DNA of 64,000 bases from an uncultured Alphaproteobacteria bacterium (GCA_963836845.1 CAWILK010000046.1:1582-65581); one strand, 5' to 3'. Counted from the first letter of the stretch, positions 1 through 13,733 are shown. Notes: generated by a model not told the origin, from the letters alone. Translations and numbers: made by a program.

Positions 1-1184
1 GCTCGGCATCTGGGTCGATGTCGGGACGCGGCACGAGCCGCCCGAGATCAACGGCGTCGCCCATTTTCTCGAGCACATGGCGTTCAAGGGCACCGAGCGG
101 CGCAGCGCGCGGGCCATCGCCGAGGAGATCGAGGCGGTGGGCGGCCACCTCAACGCCTATACCTCGCGCGAGAGCACGGCTTATTACGCCAAGGTGCTGA
201 AGGAGGACGTGCCGCTCGCGCTCGATATTCTCGCCGACATCCTGCAGCACTCCACCTTCGACCCGGAGGAGCTCGAACGCGAGCGCACCGTGATCCTGCA
301 GGAAATCGGCCAGGCGAACGACACGCCGGACGACATCATCTTCGATTATTTCCAGGAACGCGCCTTTCCCGACCAGGCGATGGGCCGGCCGGTGCTGGGG
401 AGCCCGGAGATCATCCGCGGGCTCCGCCGCGAGGCCGTCGTGACCTATTTGCGAGACCATTACAGCGCCGAAAAAATGGTGGTCGCCGCGGCGGGAAATG
501 TCGAGCACGAACGGCTCGTCGATCTGGCCGCGACGCTGCTGTCGGAATTGCCCGCCCAACGCGCCGTCACCACCGAGCCGGCGCGCTACGCCGGCGGCGA
601 CCGGCGCGAAGAGCGGGACCTCGAGCAATTGCACCTCGTGCTCGGATTTCCCGGGCGTGGTGCTCGGCGACCCGGATTATTACGCCGCCTCGGTGCTGTC
701 GACCGCCTTCGGGGGCGGCATGTCCTCGCGGCTGTTCCAGGAGATTCGCGAAAAACGCGGCCTCGTCTATGCGATCCACTCCTTCGCTCACAGCTACCGG
801 GACGGCGGGCTGTTCGGGATCTATGCCGGCACCGGCGAGACCGAGGCTGCCGAGCTCGTGCCGGCGCTATGCGAGGAGGCGGCGCGTCTTGATGACGGCT
901 TCACGACGGTCGAGCTCAACCGCGCGAAGGCACAGATGAAGGCGGGCCTCCTGATGTCGCTGGAGAGCACCTCGGCGCGCTGCGAGCAGCTGGCCCAGCA
1001 TCTGCTGATCCACGGCACCCCCTTCAACCCGCCGGAGATCGTCCGGCGCATCGAGGAGGTCGACGATGCCGCGATCCGCCGCGTCGTCGGGCGCTGGCGC
1101 TCGGCGCCGCCCACCCTGGCGGCGGTCGGGCCGTTGAGCGGTCTGGAGCAATTCGACCGCGTGCGGGCCCGGCTGCCCGCCTGA
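1..1184 (+). CDS. M16 family zinc metallopeptidase (processing-protease-like), 5' partial, one apparent frameshift near 650-660
   Basis: Frame from nt 2 reads ...GVAHFLEHMAFKG (HxxEH zinc motif). ORFs 77..892 and 498..1184 join as ...HLVLGFPG|VVLGDPDYYAASVLSTAFGGGMSSRLFQEIREKRGLVY; the junction lies in a CCCGGG run. Confidence 0.85.
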
Positions 1185-1197
1185 TCCTGCCTGCTCG

Positions 1198-1791
1198 ATG
1201 GCGCCGCAGCGGAAATCATTTCCCCGATTGTTCCTGGCTCGCTCGGAGCCGTTCCGCTTGGCCGGCGATCGGGTGTTCCTGCGCCAGCCCGAGCGCGGCG
1301 ATTACGAGGCCTGGGCGAGCCTGCGGGCGGGCTCGCGCGATTTTCTCGCCCCGTGGGAGCCGAGCTGGCCGCCGGACGCGCTCAGCCGGGCCAGCTTCCG
1401 CGCGCGCGTCGCCCGCTACGCCGAGGACTGGCGCACCGACCAGTCATACAATTTCTTTATCTTTGCCCATGACGAAACCCTGGTCGGCGGGATCGGGCTC
1501 TCCAATCTGCGCCGCGGCGTCTCGGAGACGGCGAGCCTCGGCTACTGGGTCGGCGAGGCCTTTGCCCGGCAGCGCTATATGACCGGTGCGCTGCCGCTGG
1601 CGCTCGATTTCGCCTTCGAGCGATTGGGGCTGCACCGGGTCGAAGCGGCGTGCCTGCCAACGAACATCCCGAGCCGGGCCCTGCTGGCCAGAGCCGGGTT
1701 CCAGCAGGAAGGCTACGCCCGCGAATACCTCTGTATCGAGGGCAAGTGGCAGGACCACCTGCTCTTCGCGATCCTGCGCCGCGACCGCTAG
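1198..1791 (+). CDS. GNAT family N-acetyltransferase (RimJ/RimL-like)
   Basis: Intact 197-aa ORF with GNAT core ...GLSNLRRGVSETASLGYWVGEAFARQRYMTGAL...LGLHRVEAACLPTNIPSRALLARAGFQQEG. Confidence 0.8.
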   Translation: MAPQRKSFPRLFLARSEPFRLAGDRVFLRQPERGDYEAWASLRAGSRDFLAPWEPSWPPDALSRASFRARVARYAEDWRTDQSYNFFIFAHDETLVGGIGLSNLRRGVSETASLGYWVGEAFARQRYMTGALPLALDFAFERLGLHRVEAACLPTNIPSRALLARAGFQQEGYAREYLCIEGKWQDHLLFAILRRDR

Positions 1792-2029
1792 TCGTGCCGC
1801 CGCATCGCTGGGCGACCGTGTAGGCGGGTCGAGCCAACGAGGCTGAGAAAGAAATCCCAGCATCTTTTTTGATTTCGGATCGGCGGTTGATTTCAGCAGC
1901 CTGCAAGACCGGGGGCATCCTATCGGCTCTGCATCATCGAAGCCTCAGGCATGTTCGGAAACATGGTTGCTTGCGAGAACGGCGTGCTAGGCTGGCCTCG
2001 ATCACGTTGCTTGAACCCAGGAGGAAGCC

Positions 2030-2350
2030 ATGGCGCAATCACAACCCTCATCGGCCCGCGACCAGGTCCGCAACATCGTGCCGGGGCTGATCGACCTCAG
2101 CGAGCGCGTGCTGTTCGGCGAGGTCTGGGAGCGACCGGGCCTGTCGAAGCGCGACCGCAGCCTGATCACCTGCGCGACCCTGATCGCGCTCGGCCGCGAA
2201 AAGCAGCTGGTCGGCCATCTGCAGCGGGCGCTCGACAACGGGCTCACCAAGAACGAGCTCAGCGAAGTGATCACTCATCTCGCCTTCTATGCCGGCTGGC
2301 CGGCGGCGATGACGGCGGCCCTCGTCGCCAAGGACGTGTTCGAGAAATAA
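2030..2350 (+). CDS. carboxymuconolactone decarboxylase (CMD) family protein
   Basis: Intact 106-aa ORF ...VWERPGLSKRDRSLITCATLIALGREKQLVGHLQRALDNGLTKNELSEVITHLAFYAGWPAA, a typical CMD/AhpD-like fold signature. Confidence 0.8.
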   Translation: MAQSQPSSARDQVRNIVPGLIDLSERVLFGEVWERPGLSKRDRSLITCATLIALGREKQLVGHLQRALDNGLTKNELSEVITHLAFYAGWPAAMTAALVAKDVFEK

Positions 2351-2388
2351 TCCCGGTCGACACCACGAGCTGATTGCGGGAGGGCGAG

Positions 2389-3347
2389 ATGAAGATAGGG
2401 TTTATCGGGCTGGGCATGATGGGCTCGGGGATGGCGGCCAATTTGCAGAAGGCTGGCCACGACCTCGTCGTGCATGATCTGCGGCGGGCCGCGGCCGAAC
2501 CCTATCTCGCCGCCGGCGCGGTGTGGGCGGACAGCCCCGCGCGGTCGCCGAGGCCGCCGAGGTGGTTTTCACCTCGCTGCCCGGACCGCCCGAGGTCGAG
2601 GCGGTGGCGCTCGGCGACAACGGCCTGCTCTCGCGGCATGAGCCGCGGCAAGGCCTATTTCGACCTGTCGACCAATTCGCCGACCATGGTGCGCAAGATC
2701 AACGCCGCCTTCGCCGAGCGCGACGTCTACATGCTCAATTCACCGGTCAGCGGCGGGCCGCGCGGCGCGCGCACCGGCAAGCTCGCGCTGTGGGTCGGCG
2801 GCGACGAGCAGATCTTCAACCGCTTCAAGCCGGTGCTCGACGCGATGGGCGACAAGGCGCGCTATGTCGGGCCGATCGGCGCCGGCTCGGTGGCCAAGCT
2901 GGTGCACAACGGCGCCGGATATTGCATCCAGACCGCGCTCGCCGAGATGTTCACGGTCGGCGTCAAGGCCGGGGTCGAGCCCTTGGCGTTGTGGGAGGCG
3001 GTGCGCGACGGGCGCCGGCGGCCGACGGCGCACCTTTGACGGGCTGATCGACCAATTCCTGCCCGGCAAATACGAGCCGGCCGCCTTCGCCCTGCGCTTG
3101 GCGCACAAGGACATGTCGCTCGCGACCCAACTCGGCCGCGATTTCAACGTGCCGATGCGGATCGCCAATATGGCCTTGGCCGAGCTCTCCGAAGCGCTCA
3201 ACCGCGGCTGGGGCGACCGCGACTCGCGCTCGCCGATGCTATTGCAGGAGGAACGGGCCGGTGTCGAGATCCGTGTCGAGCCGAAGCGCCTGCGAGGAGG
3301 CGATCGATCGCGACCCCCCGGCCTCGGGCGACCCGAAGCACGGGTGA
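2389..3347 (+). CDS. NAD(P)-dependent oxidoreductase, 3-hydroxyisobutyrate dehydrogenase family, at least 4 apparent frameshifts
   Basis: MKIGFIGLGMMGSGMAANL Rossmann start. The segments AVAEAAEVVFTSLPGPPEVEAV / YFDLSTNSPTMVRKI...SPVSGGPRGARTGKLALWVGG...VGPIGAGSVAKLVHN / FALRLAHKDMSLATQLG lie in three frames. The C-terminus ...RLREAIDRDPPASGDPKHG* is reached after a shift near 3293. Confidence 0.75.
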
Positions 3348-3349
3348 GC

Positions 3350-3772
3350 CTACGCGCTCACTTGCCGAGGACGGTCAGACCGAGCGCGTCTGCGCCAGCC
3401 CGCTAACTCGCCATCCAAGGTTGCCAGAGGCAGCGCAAGCCTGTGCGCCAGCTCCAGGTAGACTGAGTCGTAAACCGTCAGCCCGAAGCGGTCGGCGAGG
3501 TTCAGGGCAATACTCCAAACCCGGCCGTCGCCTTCCGCGTCGACGCTGATATCGAGGAGCCCGAGATCGGCTATCGAGGCGTCGCGGTACTGTGTGTCTA
3601 TTCGGCCTCGGCGGACAGCGGTCAGCAGCGCGTTCGCCACTTCGATCCGCCAAAGCGCCGGCACGACCGCGCCCGATTGTGCGACACGGCCGAGGATCTC
3701 TCGGACCGCTTCCGTCTGCTCGTCCCGAAACAACCAGGCGATGGTGACCGAGCAATCGATCACCAAGCTCAA
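3350..3772 (-). CDS. vapC: type II toxin VapC (PIN domain)
   Basis: The C-terminal part of ORF 3350..4093 reads (M)SLVIDCSVTIAWLFRDEQTEAV...LTVYDSVYLELAHRLALPLATLD. Its TTG start overlaps the reconstructed antitoxin stop (TTGA). Confidence 0.75.
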   Translation of the reverse strand: MSLVIDCSVTIAWLFRDEQTEAVREILGRVAQSGAVVPALWRIEVANALLTAVRRGRIDTQYRDASIADLGLLDISVDAEGDGRVWSIALNLADRFGLTVYDSVYLELAHRLALPLATLDGELAGWRRRARSDRPRQVSA

Positions 3773-4012
3773 CGGCGGCCCTCGGCAATCAACTCCTTGA
3801 TCGTTTATCCCGCCGAGCGACGCGGATCGGCTCCTCTCGAGAATCCGGTTTGCGGCCTCGCGTGCCACGCCCCGATCGATCACAGGTTTGACAGGACCTA
3901 ACCTGGCCACTGGCTTGCCGCGCCGAGTGATTAGGATCTCCTCGCCGCGTTCCGCCCTCTCAAGAAGAGCGGACAATCGGTTTTTGGCCTCGAAAGCTCC
4001 AACTTCGTCCAT
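3769..4012 (-). CDS. Phd/YefM-type antitoxin (VapB partner), one apparent 1-nt indel near 3805
   Basis: MDEVGAFEAKNRLSALLERAERGEEILITRRGKPVARLGPV... After removing one A in GGGATAAACGATC the frame reads ...SLGGITIKELIAEGRR* with TGA at 3771..3769. As assembled it is fused to vapC. Confidence 0.7.
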
Positions 4013-4147
4013 ATCGCCTCTATCTAGCTTGAATTCTAGATTACAGCGTTCAACGGAACGCAGCAACCGCTGAGTTTCCCGGGGCGCGGTCACGCGCTAT
4101 AGTCGGCCTACGGCAGCAATTGGTGACATCGGGAGGAGTGAGAGCAA

Positions 4148-5380
4148 ATGGATGGAACTGGCGTCGAGCTGGATTGTCTCGAAGGCGTCAAGGTGGTCGA
4201 TTTCACGCAATTCGAGGCGGGTCCGTCCTGCACCGAAGCGCTCGCTTGGCTCGGCGCCGAGGTGGTCAAGATCGAGAACCCCAAAACCGGCGATCCCGGC
4301 CGGCGGTTGCAGCCTGGAAAGCCGGATGACGATCCCTGGTATTTTCACCAGTTCAATGCGAACAAGAAGTCGGTAACCCTCAATCTCAAATCGCCGCGCG
4401 GCCTGGAGATCGTCAAGGAGCTGCTTAAAGAAGGCCGACATCACGATCGAGAACATGGCGCCCGGCACGATCGAGCGACTGGGCCTCGGCTATGACGCCG
4501 TCAAGGAGCTGAACCCGGGGATCATTTATTGCCAGGTCAAGGGCTTTGGCACCGGAAGCCCTTACGAAAAAAATCTCGCCTTCGACATGATCGCGCAGGC
4601 GGCGGGCGGCACGACCAGCGTCACCGGTACGGCGACCGTCCGCCGGTCAAGCCGGGGCCGTCGTTCGGCGACACCGGCACCGGCATGCTGATGGCGATCA
4701 GCATCCTGGCCGCCCTGCGCAAGCGGACCGCACCGGCAAGGGACAGCGGCTGCAGGTCGCGATGCAGGACGCGATGATCCATTATATGCGGGTGCCGTTT
4801 TCACGCACCCAGCTGAGCGGCAAGGCCCAGCTTCGCGGCGGCAGCGACCGGTCGCAGCCCGGCGGGCTCGTGCCATCGGCTTTGTATCCGTGCAAGCCCG
4901 GCGGGCCCAACGATTATGTCTATGTATTCACCAGCCGCGCCAATCCGGAGCATTGGACCCGGCTTCTCAAGGTGATCGGCCGCGAGGATTTGGTCGGCGA
5001 CCCCCGCTACGAAACCAATCAGGCCCGCAGCGAACGCGCGGCCGAGGTCGACGAAATCATCGCCGCAATGGACGCGCCAGCACACCAAGGAAGAAGCGAT
5101 GAAGATCATCGGCGAGGCCGGGGTGCCGGCCGGTGCGGTGTTCGACACGCTCGAGCTGATGAACGATCCGTCGCTCGCCGAACGCGGGATCATGCAAGAC
5201 GATCGAGCACCCGACGACCGGCAAGGTAAGATGCCGGCCTGGCCGGTGCGCTTCGACGGCGCGCCGGCGAAGGTCAAGCCGTCGCCGCTGCTGGGCCAGC
5301 ACAACGCCGAAGTCTTGGGCCAATGGCTCGGCATCGCTGCCGGCGAGGTCGAGGCGCTGCGCGCCGAGGGTATCATCTGA
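4148..5380 (+). CDS. family III CoA-transferase (CaiB/BaiF), 4 apparent frameshifts (pseudogene or indel errors)
   Basis: ORFs 4148..4495, 4455..4691, 4529..4777, 4762..5229 and 5099..5380 tile a full-length homolog of the intact paralog at 6504..7703 (GVKVVDFTQFEAGPSCTEALAWLGAEVVKIENP...GFGTGSPYEKNLAFD...PGPSFGDTGTGML...YPCKPGGPNDYVYVFTSRANPEHW...WPVRFDG). Confidence 0.8.
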
Positions 5381-5398
5381 GGAGAGAGGGGCGCACTC

Positions 5399-5799
5399 TC
5401 AGCGCCCCTGTTCCTTTGCCGGGTAGCACGGCGCGACGTTGATCTTGTCGATCTTGTGGCGGTCCCCAGTCGGCCTTGCTGAAGATCGCGCAGTGCCGCC
5501 TTTTTGAGCGCGATCCGGGCGACCGGGAACACGAACTCCTTCGGGCTGCTGCCGAAGGAAACGGTGAACTCGTCGCCGACCTGGATGCGGGCCGGCAAGG
5601 GGATGTGCTGATAGGATTTGCAGGTGCTGGCCATCAGCCAGTTGCGGCACTTGGTCAGCACGCCGGGGCCGCCGGGCGTGACCGCGGCAACATTTTCGGC
5701 CTGGGCACCGGCCGCGCCCACAAGCCGGCGGCCGCAATCCATCAGAGCCGCGATCCAGATCCGAAACCGCATCACCATTCGCCGATCCGAGCGCGCCAT
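5399..5799 (-). CDS. hypothetical secreted protein (one apparent frameshift)
   Basis: It lies inside the shadow ORF 4801..6474. It reads MARSDRRMVMRFRIWIAALMDCGRRLVGAAGAQA (signal-like), then ...FTVSFGSSPKEFVFPVARIALKKAALRDLQQGRLG, shifting into ...DRHKIDKINVAPCYPAKEQGR*. No family recognised. Confidence 0.3.
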
Positions 5800-5850
5800 G
5801 CTAAATCTGCGCCTGCCGTCACGTCGATTTAATCTGACGAGGAGACCGCA

Positions 5851-6463
5851 ATGAAGCTCTATTATGCCCCCGGCGTCTGCTCGATCGGCATTCATGTCTT
5901 GCTCGAGGAAATCGGCAAGCCCTACCAGCTCGAACTCGTAAACCTGCGCGAGGGCGCACAGTTCAAGCCGCCCTTTACCGGCGTCAGTGCGAAGGGAAAG
6001 GTTCCGGCTCTCGAGCGCGACGACGGCTCGATCCTGACCGAGTTCCCGGTGATCGCCCGCTGGCTCGGAAGGCAGGCGAACCTGCTGCCAAAGGACGACG
6101 AGGCCGACACCCGCGCGATGGAGGCGATGGAATACGCGGTCGGCACGATGCACGGGCAGGGCTTTGCCCGGCTGTTCCGCACCGAGCGCTTTGCGCCGTC
6201 CGCTGCCGATCACGATGCGGTCAAGGCCGCCGGACGCGAGGTCGTCGAAAAAGGCTTTGCCGTGCTCGACAAGGCGCTGGAAGGGAAGAATTATGTCGCC
6301 GGAAGCGAATTTTCGCCGGCCGATACGGCGCTGTTCTACGTCGAATTCTGGGCGGCAAAGCGGCTCAACATGAAATTGCCGCCGCAATGTTTCGGCGCAT
6401 TTCGACCGCATGATGGCGCGTCCCTCGGTGCAACGGGTGATGCAGCAAGAGGGCCTCAACTGA
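5851..6463 (+). CDS. glutathione S-transferase, one apparent frameshift near 6385
   Basis: MKLYYAPGVCSIGIHVLLEEIGKPYQLELVNL...KGKVPALERDDGSILTEFPVIARWL. The C-terminus is recovered in another frame as NVSAHFDRMMARPSVQRVMQQEGLN* (TGA 6461-6463). Confidence 0.8.
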
Positions 6464-6503
6464 GGCTTGCGCACGTGCGCAGCGTTTCGGAAGGAGAACG
6501 CAA

Positions 6504-7703
6504 ATGGATGGAACGACCGTACCGCCGAATTGTCTCGCCGGCATCAAGGTGCTCGATCTGACGCAGTTCGAAGCCGGCACCAGCTGCACCGAGGCGCTCG
6601 CCTGGATGGGCGCCGATGTCGTCAAGGTGGAGAACCCCGAAGGCGGCGAGGCGGGGCGCCGGGGCGTGTCGGACCCCTATTACTTCATGGCGTACAACGC
6701 CAACAAACGGTCGATCACCGTAAACCTCAAATCCGAGCGCGGCTTGGCATTGGTCAAGGACATGGCCAAGCATGCCGATGTCTTTACCGAGAATTTCGGG
6801 CCGGGCGTGATCGAGCGGCTGGGTCTCGGCTATGACGTGATCAGCGCTCTCAACCCGCGCATCGTCTACGCCCAGGTCAAGGGCTTCGGGGTTGGCAGCC
6901 CCTATGAAAAGGGCCTGTGCTTTGATCCGATCGCCCAGGCTTGCGGCGGCGCGATGAGCATCACCGGGGAGCCCGGCGGAAAGCCGGTCAAGCCGGGGCC
7001 GACGATCGGCGACACCGGCACCGGGATGCTGCTCGCCTTCAGCATTGTCAGCGCGCTCTATCAGCGGGCCTCGACGGGCAAGGGCCGGCGGCTGCAAGCG
7101 GCGATGCAGGATTCGGTCATGCATTACAGCCGCGGCATGTTCATCAGACAGGCACAGACCGGCCAAGCTGCGCCGCGGCGGCCGGCGGGCGGCAATGCGC
7201 CGTCCGGGATTTTTCCGTGCAAGCCCGGCGGGCCCAACGACTACGTCTATCTGTTGACCAGCCGCGCCAATCCGGAGCATTGGCCGCGCCTGCTGAAACT
7301 GATCGGGCGGGAGGAGTTGATCGGCGATCCGCGCTACGACAAAGCCTCCGCCCGGGTGGAGCGCGAGGCCGAGGTCAATGAGATCATCGCCCAATGGACG
7401 CGCCAGCACACCAAGGAAGAGGCGATGGCGCTGATCAGCGGAGCCGGGGTACCGGCGGGTGCGGTGTTCGATTCGATGGAGCTGACCAACGAGCCGAGCT
7501 TTTACGAGCGCGGGATCCTGCAGAACATGCAGCACGGCGAGTGGAAAATGACGATGCCGACCTGGCCGGTGCGGTTCGACGGCAAGCCCGCACCGATCAA
7601 GCCGGCGCCGCTGTTGGGCGAGCACACCGCCGAGGCGCTCGGCGATTGGCTGGGCCTTAGCCCCGCCGAGGTCGAAACGCTGCGCACAAAAGGCGTCGTC
7701 TAG
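6504..7703 (+). CDS. family III CoA-transferase (CaiB/BaiF), intact
   Basis: Uninterrupted 399-aa ORF: GIKVLDLTQFEAGTSCTEALAWMGADVVKVENP...PGPTIGDTGTGML...FPCKPGGPNDYVYLLTSRANPEHW...WPVRFDGKPAPIKPAPLLGEHT. Confidence 0.9.
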   Translation: MDGTTVPPNCLAGIKVLDLTQFEAGTSCTEALAWMGADVVKVENPEGGEAGRRGVSDPYYFMAYNANKRSITVNLKSERGLALVKDMAKHADVFTENFGPGVIERLGLGYDVISALNPRIVYAQVKGFGVGSPYEKGLCFDPIAQACGGAMSITGEPGGKPVKPGPTIGDTGTGMLLAFSIVSALYQRASTGKGRRLQAAMQDSVMHYSRGMFIRQAQTGQAAPRRPAGGNAPSGIFPCKPGGPNDYVYLLTSRANPEHWPRLLKLIGREELIGDPRYDKASARVEREAEVNEIIAQWTRQHTKEEAMALISGAGVPAGAVFDSMELTNEPSFYERGILQNMQHGEWKMTMPTWPVRFDGKPAPIKPAPLLGEHTAEALGDWLGLSPAEVETLRTKGVV

Positions 7704-7749
7704 ACCGACCCTGGCTGCCCTCCCTCGCCAAGACGTGAGGGAGGGCCGC

Positions 7750-8010
7750 TCAGCCGATAATGTCCGACGGCACCCGCCGGCGCGGGCGTGCTGCTAGCCG
7801 CTCCACGTCCGTCGCCCGGCCGCCGAACCGCTCGGCGAACGCTTGGGCTTGCGATGCCGCCTTGAAAAAGAGCTGGATCTGAACCCCGTCCTCGGCATCG
7901 TTGCAAGAGAAGCCCGAAGACTCGTAGCCTTGCGCATCCAGCCAAATCCGCATCGCTCCCATTTGCATCGAAAGCTCATGGTGGGGCAGGCGAATTTCGA
8001 CAGTGTTCAT
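7750..8010 (-). CDS. hypothetical small protein
   Basis: ORF 7750..8040 with an internal start: MNTVEIRLPHHELSMQMGAMRIWLDAQGYESSGFSCNDAEDGVQIQLFFKAASQAQAFAERFGG. No family recognised. Confidence 0.4.
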   Translation of the reverse strand: MNTVEIRLPHHELSMQMGAMRIWLDAQGYESSGFSCNDAEDGVQIQLFFKAASQAQAFAERFGGRATDVERLAARPRRRVPSDIIG

Positions 8011-8085
8011 GTGCGATTTCCGATGGCCATACCGAGCCAAGACTTTAGCATGTTGGCGAGCCTGTGCGCGGATGCCGCCGTAATC

Positions 8086-11465
<3,380 letters not shown>

Positions 11466-11594
11466 CGGCGATTATTCGCGTAGTGTCACGCGGCCGTCAA
11501 GCACGAGCCGAGAACCGCGAACCGACCCGATCTTTGTTTGCCCAAGCCCCCGCGCTAAGGTGCAGGATAGCTGAGCCCGCGAGGATCCCGACCG

Positions 11595-12836
11595 ATGAGC
11601 GTGCCGCAAAAGTCCTTCGAGCCGGGGGCGGCGTGCCCGCTCGACGGGATCAGGGTGATCGACATGTCGCGCCTCGTCTCGGGCAACATGGTCAGCCTGC
11701 AGCTCGCCGATTTCGGCGCCGAGGTGCTGAAGATCGAGGACCCGAAGCGCGGCGACCCGCTGCGCGCCTGGCAGACCGATGGCGTCAGCGTGCATTGGAA
11801 GGTCTATTCGCGCAACAAGAAGAGCGTGGCATTGAGCCTGCGGGAGCCGCGCGGCCGCGAATTGCTGCTCGATCTCGTCGACACCTCGCAGGTGCTGATC
11901 GAGAATTTCCGGCCCGGCACGCTGGAGGCGATGGGGCTCGGCCCCGAGCTGCTGCACCGGCGCAACCCCGGCCTGATCATCGTCCGGGTGTCGGGCTGGG
12001 GGCAGGACGGGCCCTACCGCGACCGCCCGGGCTTTGGCACCCTGGTCGAGAGCATGTCGGGCTATGCGGCGCGCACCGGCTTTCCCGACCGCGAGCCGGC
12101 CTTGCCGCCGACGGCGCTCGCCGACATGGTCGCCGGTCTCTACGGCGCGTGCAGTGTTCTCGTGGCGCTGCGGCATCGCGAGATCGGCGGGGGCAGGGGA
12201 CAGGTCATCGACCTGCCGTTGCTCGACCCGCTGTTCTCGTTCATTGCCACCGAGGCGGCGATCTACCGGCTGACGGGGACGGTGCGGCAGCGCACCGGCA
12301 GCCGCTCGGAGACGACCTCGCCGCGCAACGTCTTCCGCACCAGGGACGGGCGCTACATCGGCATCTCCGCCTCGATCCAGGCGATGGCCGAGCGGCTGTT
12401 CCGCGCGATCGGCCGGGAGGACATGATCACCGACCCGCGGTTTCGCACCAATAGCGACCGGGTGCGCAACGCCGAGGCCTGCGAGGCGCCGATCGTCGCC
12501 TTCATCGGCGCGCGGACTCTTGGCCGAGAACATGGAGATCTTCGAGCGCGGCCGAGGTCACCGCGGCGCCGGTCTACGACATCGACCAGTTCATGGCCGA
12601 CCCGCATGTGAATGCCCGCGAGATCCTGGTCGACCTGCCCGATGACGAGATCGGCGCGGTTGCCGATGCACAACATCATTCCCCGCCTGTCCGCGACCCC
12701 CGGCCGGCTGCGCCGCCCGGCGCCTCGGCTCGGCGAGCATACCGCGGAGATCCTGGGCTCGCTGGGCCTCGGCGCGGCCGAGATCGAGGCGCTGGCGAGC
12801 GAAGGCATCATCGGGATTGCAGGAGGCGCATCATGA
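11595..12836 (+). CDS. family III CoA-transferase (CaiB/BaiF, third and more distant paralog), about 2 apparent frameshifts near the 3' end
   Basis: ORF 11595..12611 (GIRVIDMSRLVSGNMVSLQLADFGAEVLKIEDP...RVSGWGQDGPYRDRPGFGTLVESMSG) continues through ...ENMEIFERAEVTAAPVYDIDQFMADPHVNAREILVDLPDDEIG into ORF 12612..12836 (...PMHNIIPRLSATPGRLRRPAPRLGEHTAEIL). Confidence 0.8.
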
Positions 12837-13733
12837 CTGCTTCGTCCTTGCCGGTGTGGCGCTCGTTGTTGTTCGTGCCGGTCACCGCGCGGCGCTTTGT
12901 CGACGGCGCGGCGAGGCGCGGCGCCGACGCGATCATCCTCGATCTCGAAGACAGCGTCGCCGCCTCGGAGAAGGAGCGGGCGCGCACTCTGGTGCCGGAG
13001 GCGGCCGCAGATCGTGTCGCGCGGCGGCGCCGATGTCGTCGTGCGCATCAACCGGCCATTGCGCCTGGCGGTGCGCGACATCGAGGCGGCGGTCGGACCC
13101 GGCGTCCTGGCGCTGGCGCTGCCCAAGGTCGACGGCCCCGAGCATGTACGGCTGCTGGCCGAGATCGTCGACGAGGTCGAGGCCGAGCGCGGCATCGCGC
13201 CCGGCACCACCCGGCTGATCGCGATGGTCGAGACCGCGGCGGCGTTCTTCCGCATCGCCGAGGTCGCGCGGGCCCACCCGCGGCTCTGCGCGCTCAACCT
13301 CGGCGCCGAGGATTTCGCGACCTCGGCCGGCATCTTGCCCGAGGCCGAGGCGCTGTCGATGCCGAAGCAGATGGCGGTCTTCGCCGCCCGCGCCGCCGGC
13401 ATCATGCCGTTGGGCTTCATCGGCTCGATCGCCGAGTTCCACGATCTCGACGGTTTCCGCCAGACGATCCGCCGCTCGCGCCGGTTCGGCTTTATCGGCG
13501 CCTCGGTGATCCACCCGAGCCAGATCGCGATCCTCAACGAGGAGTTCCGGGCGAGCGCCGAGGAGGCCGATCACGCCCGCCGCGTCGTCGCCGCCTATGA
13601 TAAGGCGCTCGCCGAGGGGGTCGGCGCGGTCACCGTCGACGGCAAGATGATCGACGTGCCGGTCGTCGAGCGCGCCCGCCTCCTCCTCGAGCGCGAAGAC
13701 GCGATCGCCGCCCGCGAAGCCCGCCGGCCCTAG
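12833..13733 (+). CDS. HpcH/HpaI aldolase / citrate lyase beta (CitE)-like acyl-CoA lyase, one apparent frameshift near 13010
   Basis: MTASSLPVWRSLLFVPVTARRFVDGAARRGADAIILDLEDSVA... then ORF 12897..13733 ...VVVRINRP...LALPKVDGPEHVRLL...LIAMVETAAAF...LNLGAEDFATS...GASVIHPSQI. Its ATG overlaps the CoA-transferase stop (ATGA). Confidence 0.8.

Noticed and set aside
4131-4143. Identical 13-mer GGGAGGAGTGAGA just upstream of two unrelated start codons (4131 and 17031).
   Set aside because: It is an extended Shine-Dalgarno context. Tens of chance 13-mer recurrences are expected in 64 kb, so it is not evidence of a shared element.
4801-6474. Very long ORFs antisense to recognised genes: 4801..6474 (557 aa), 6456..7625, 11472..12533, 12353..13537, 19703..20983, 37859..39415 (518 aa), 49565..51310 (581 aa) and 62838..63905.
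   Set aside because: They are Arg/Ala/Gly/Pro-rich with no recognisable motifs. Each lies opposite a gene with clear family signatures, so they are typical shadow ORFs of high-GC DNA. Only the 5399-5799 portion of the first one was kept, as a weak candidate.
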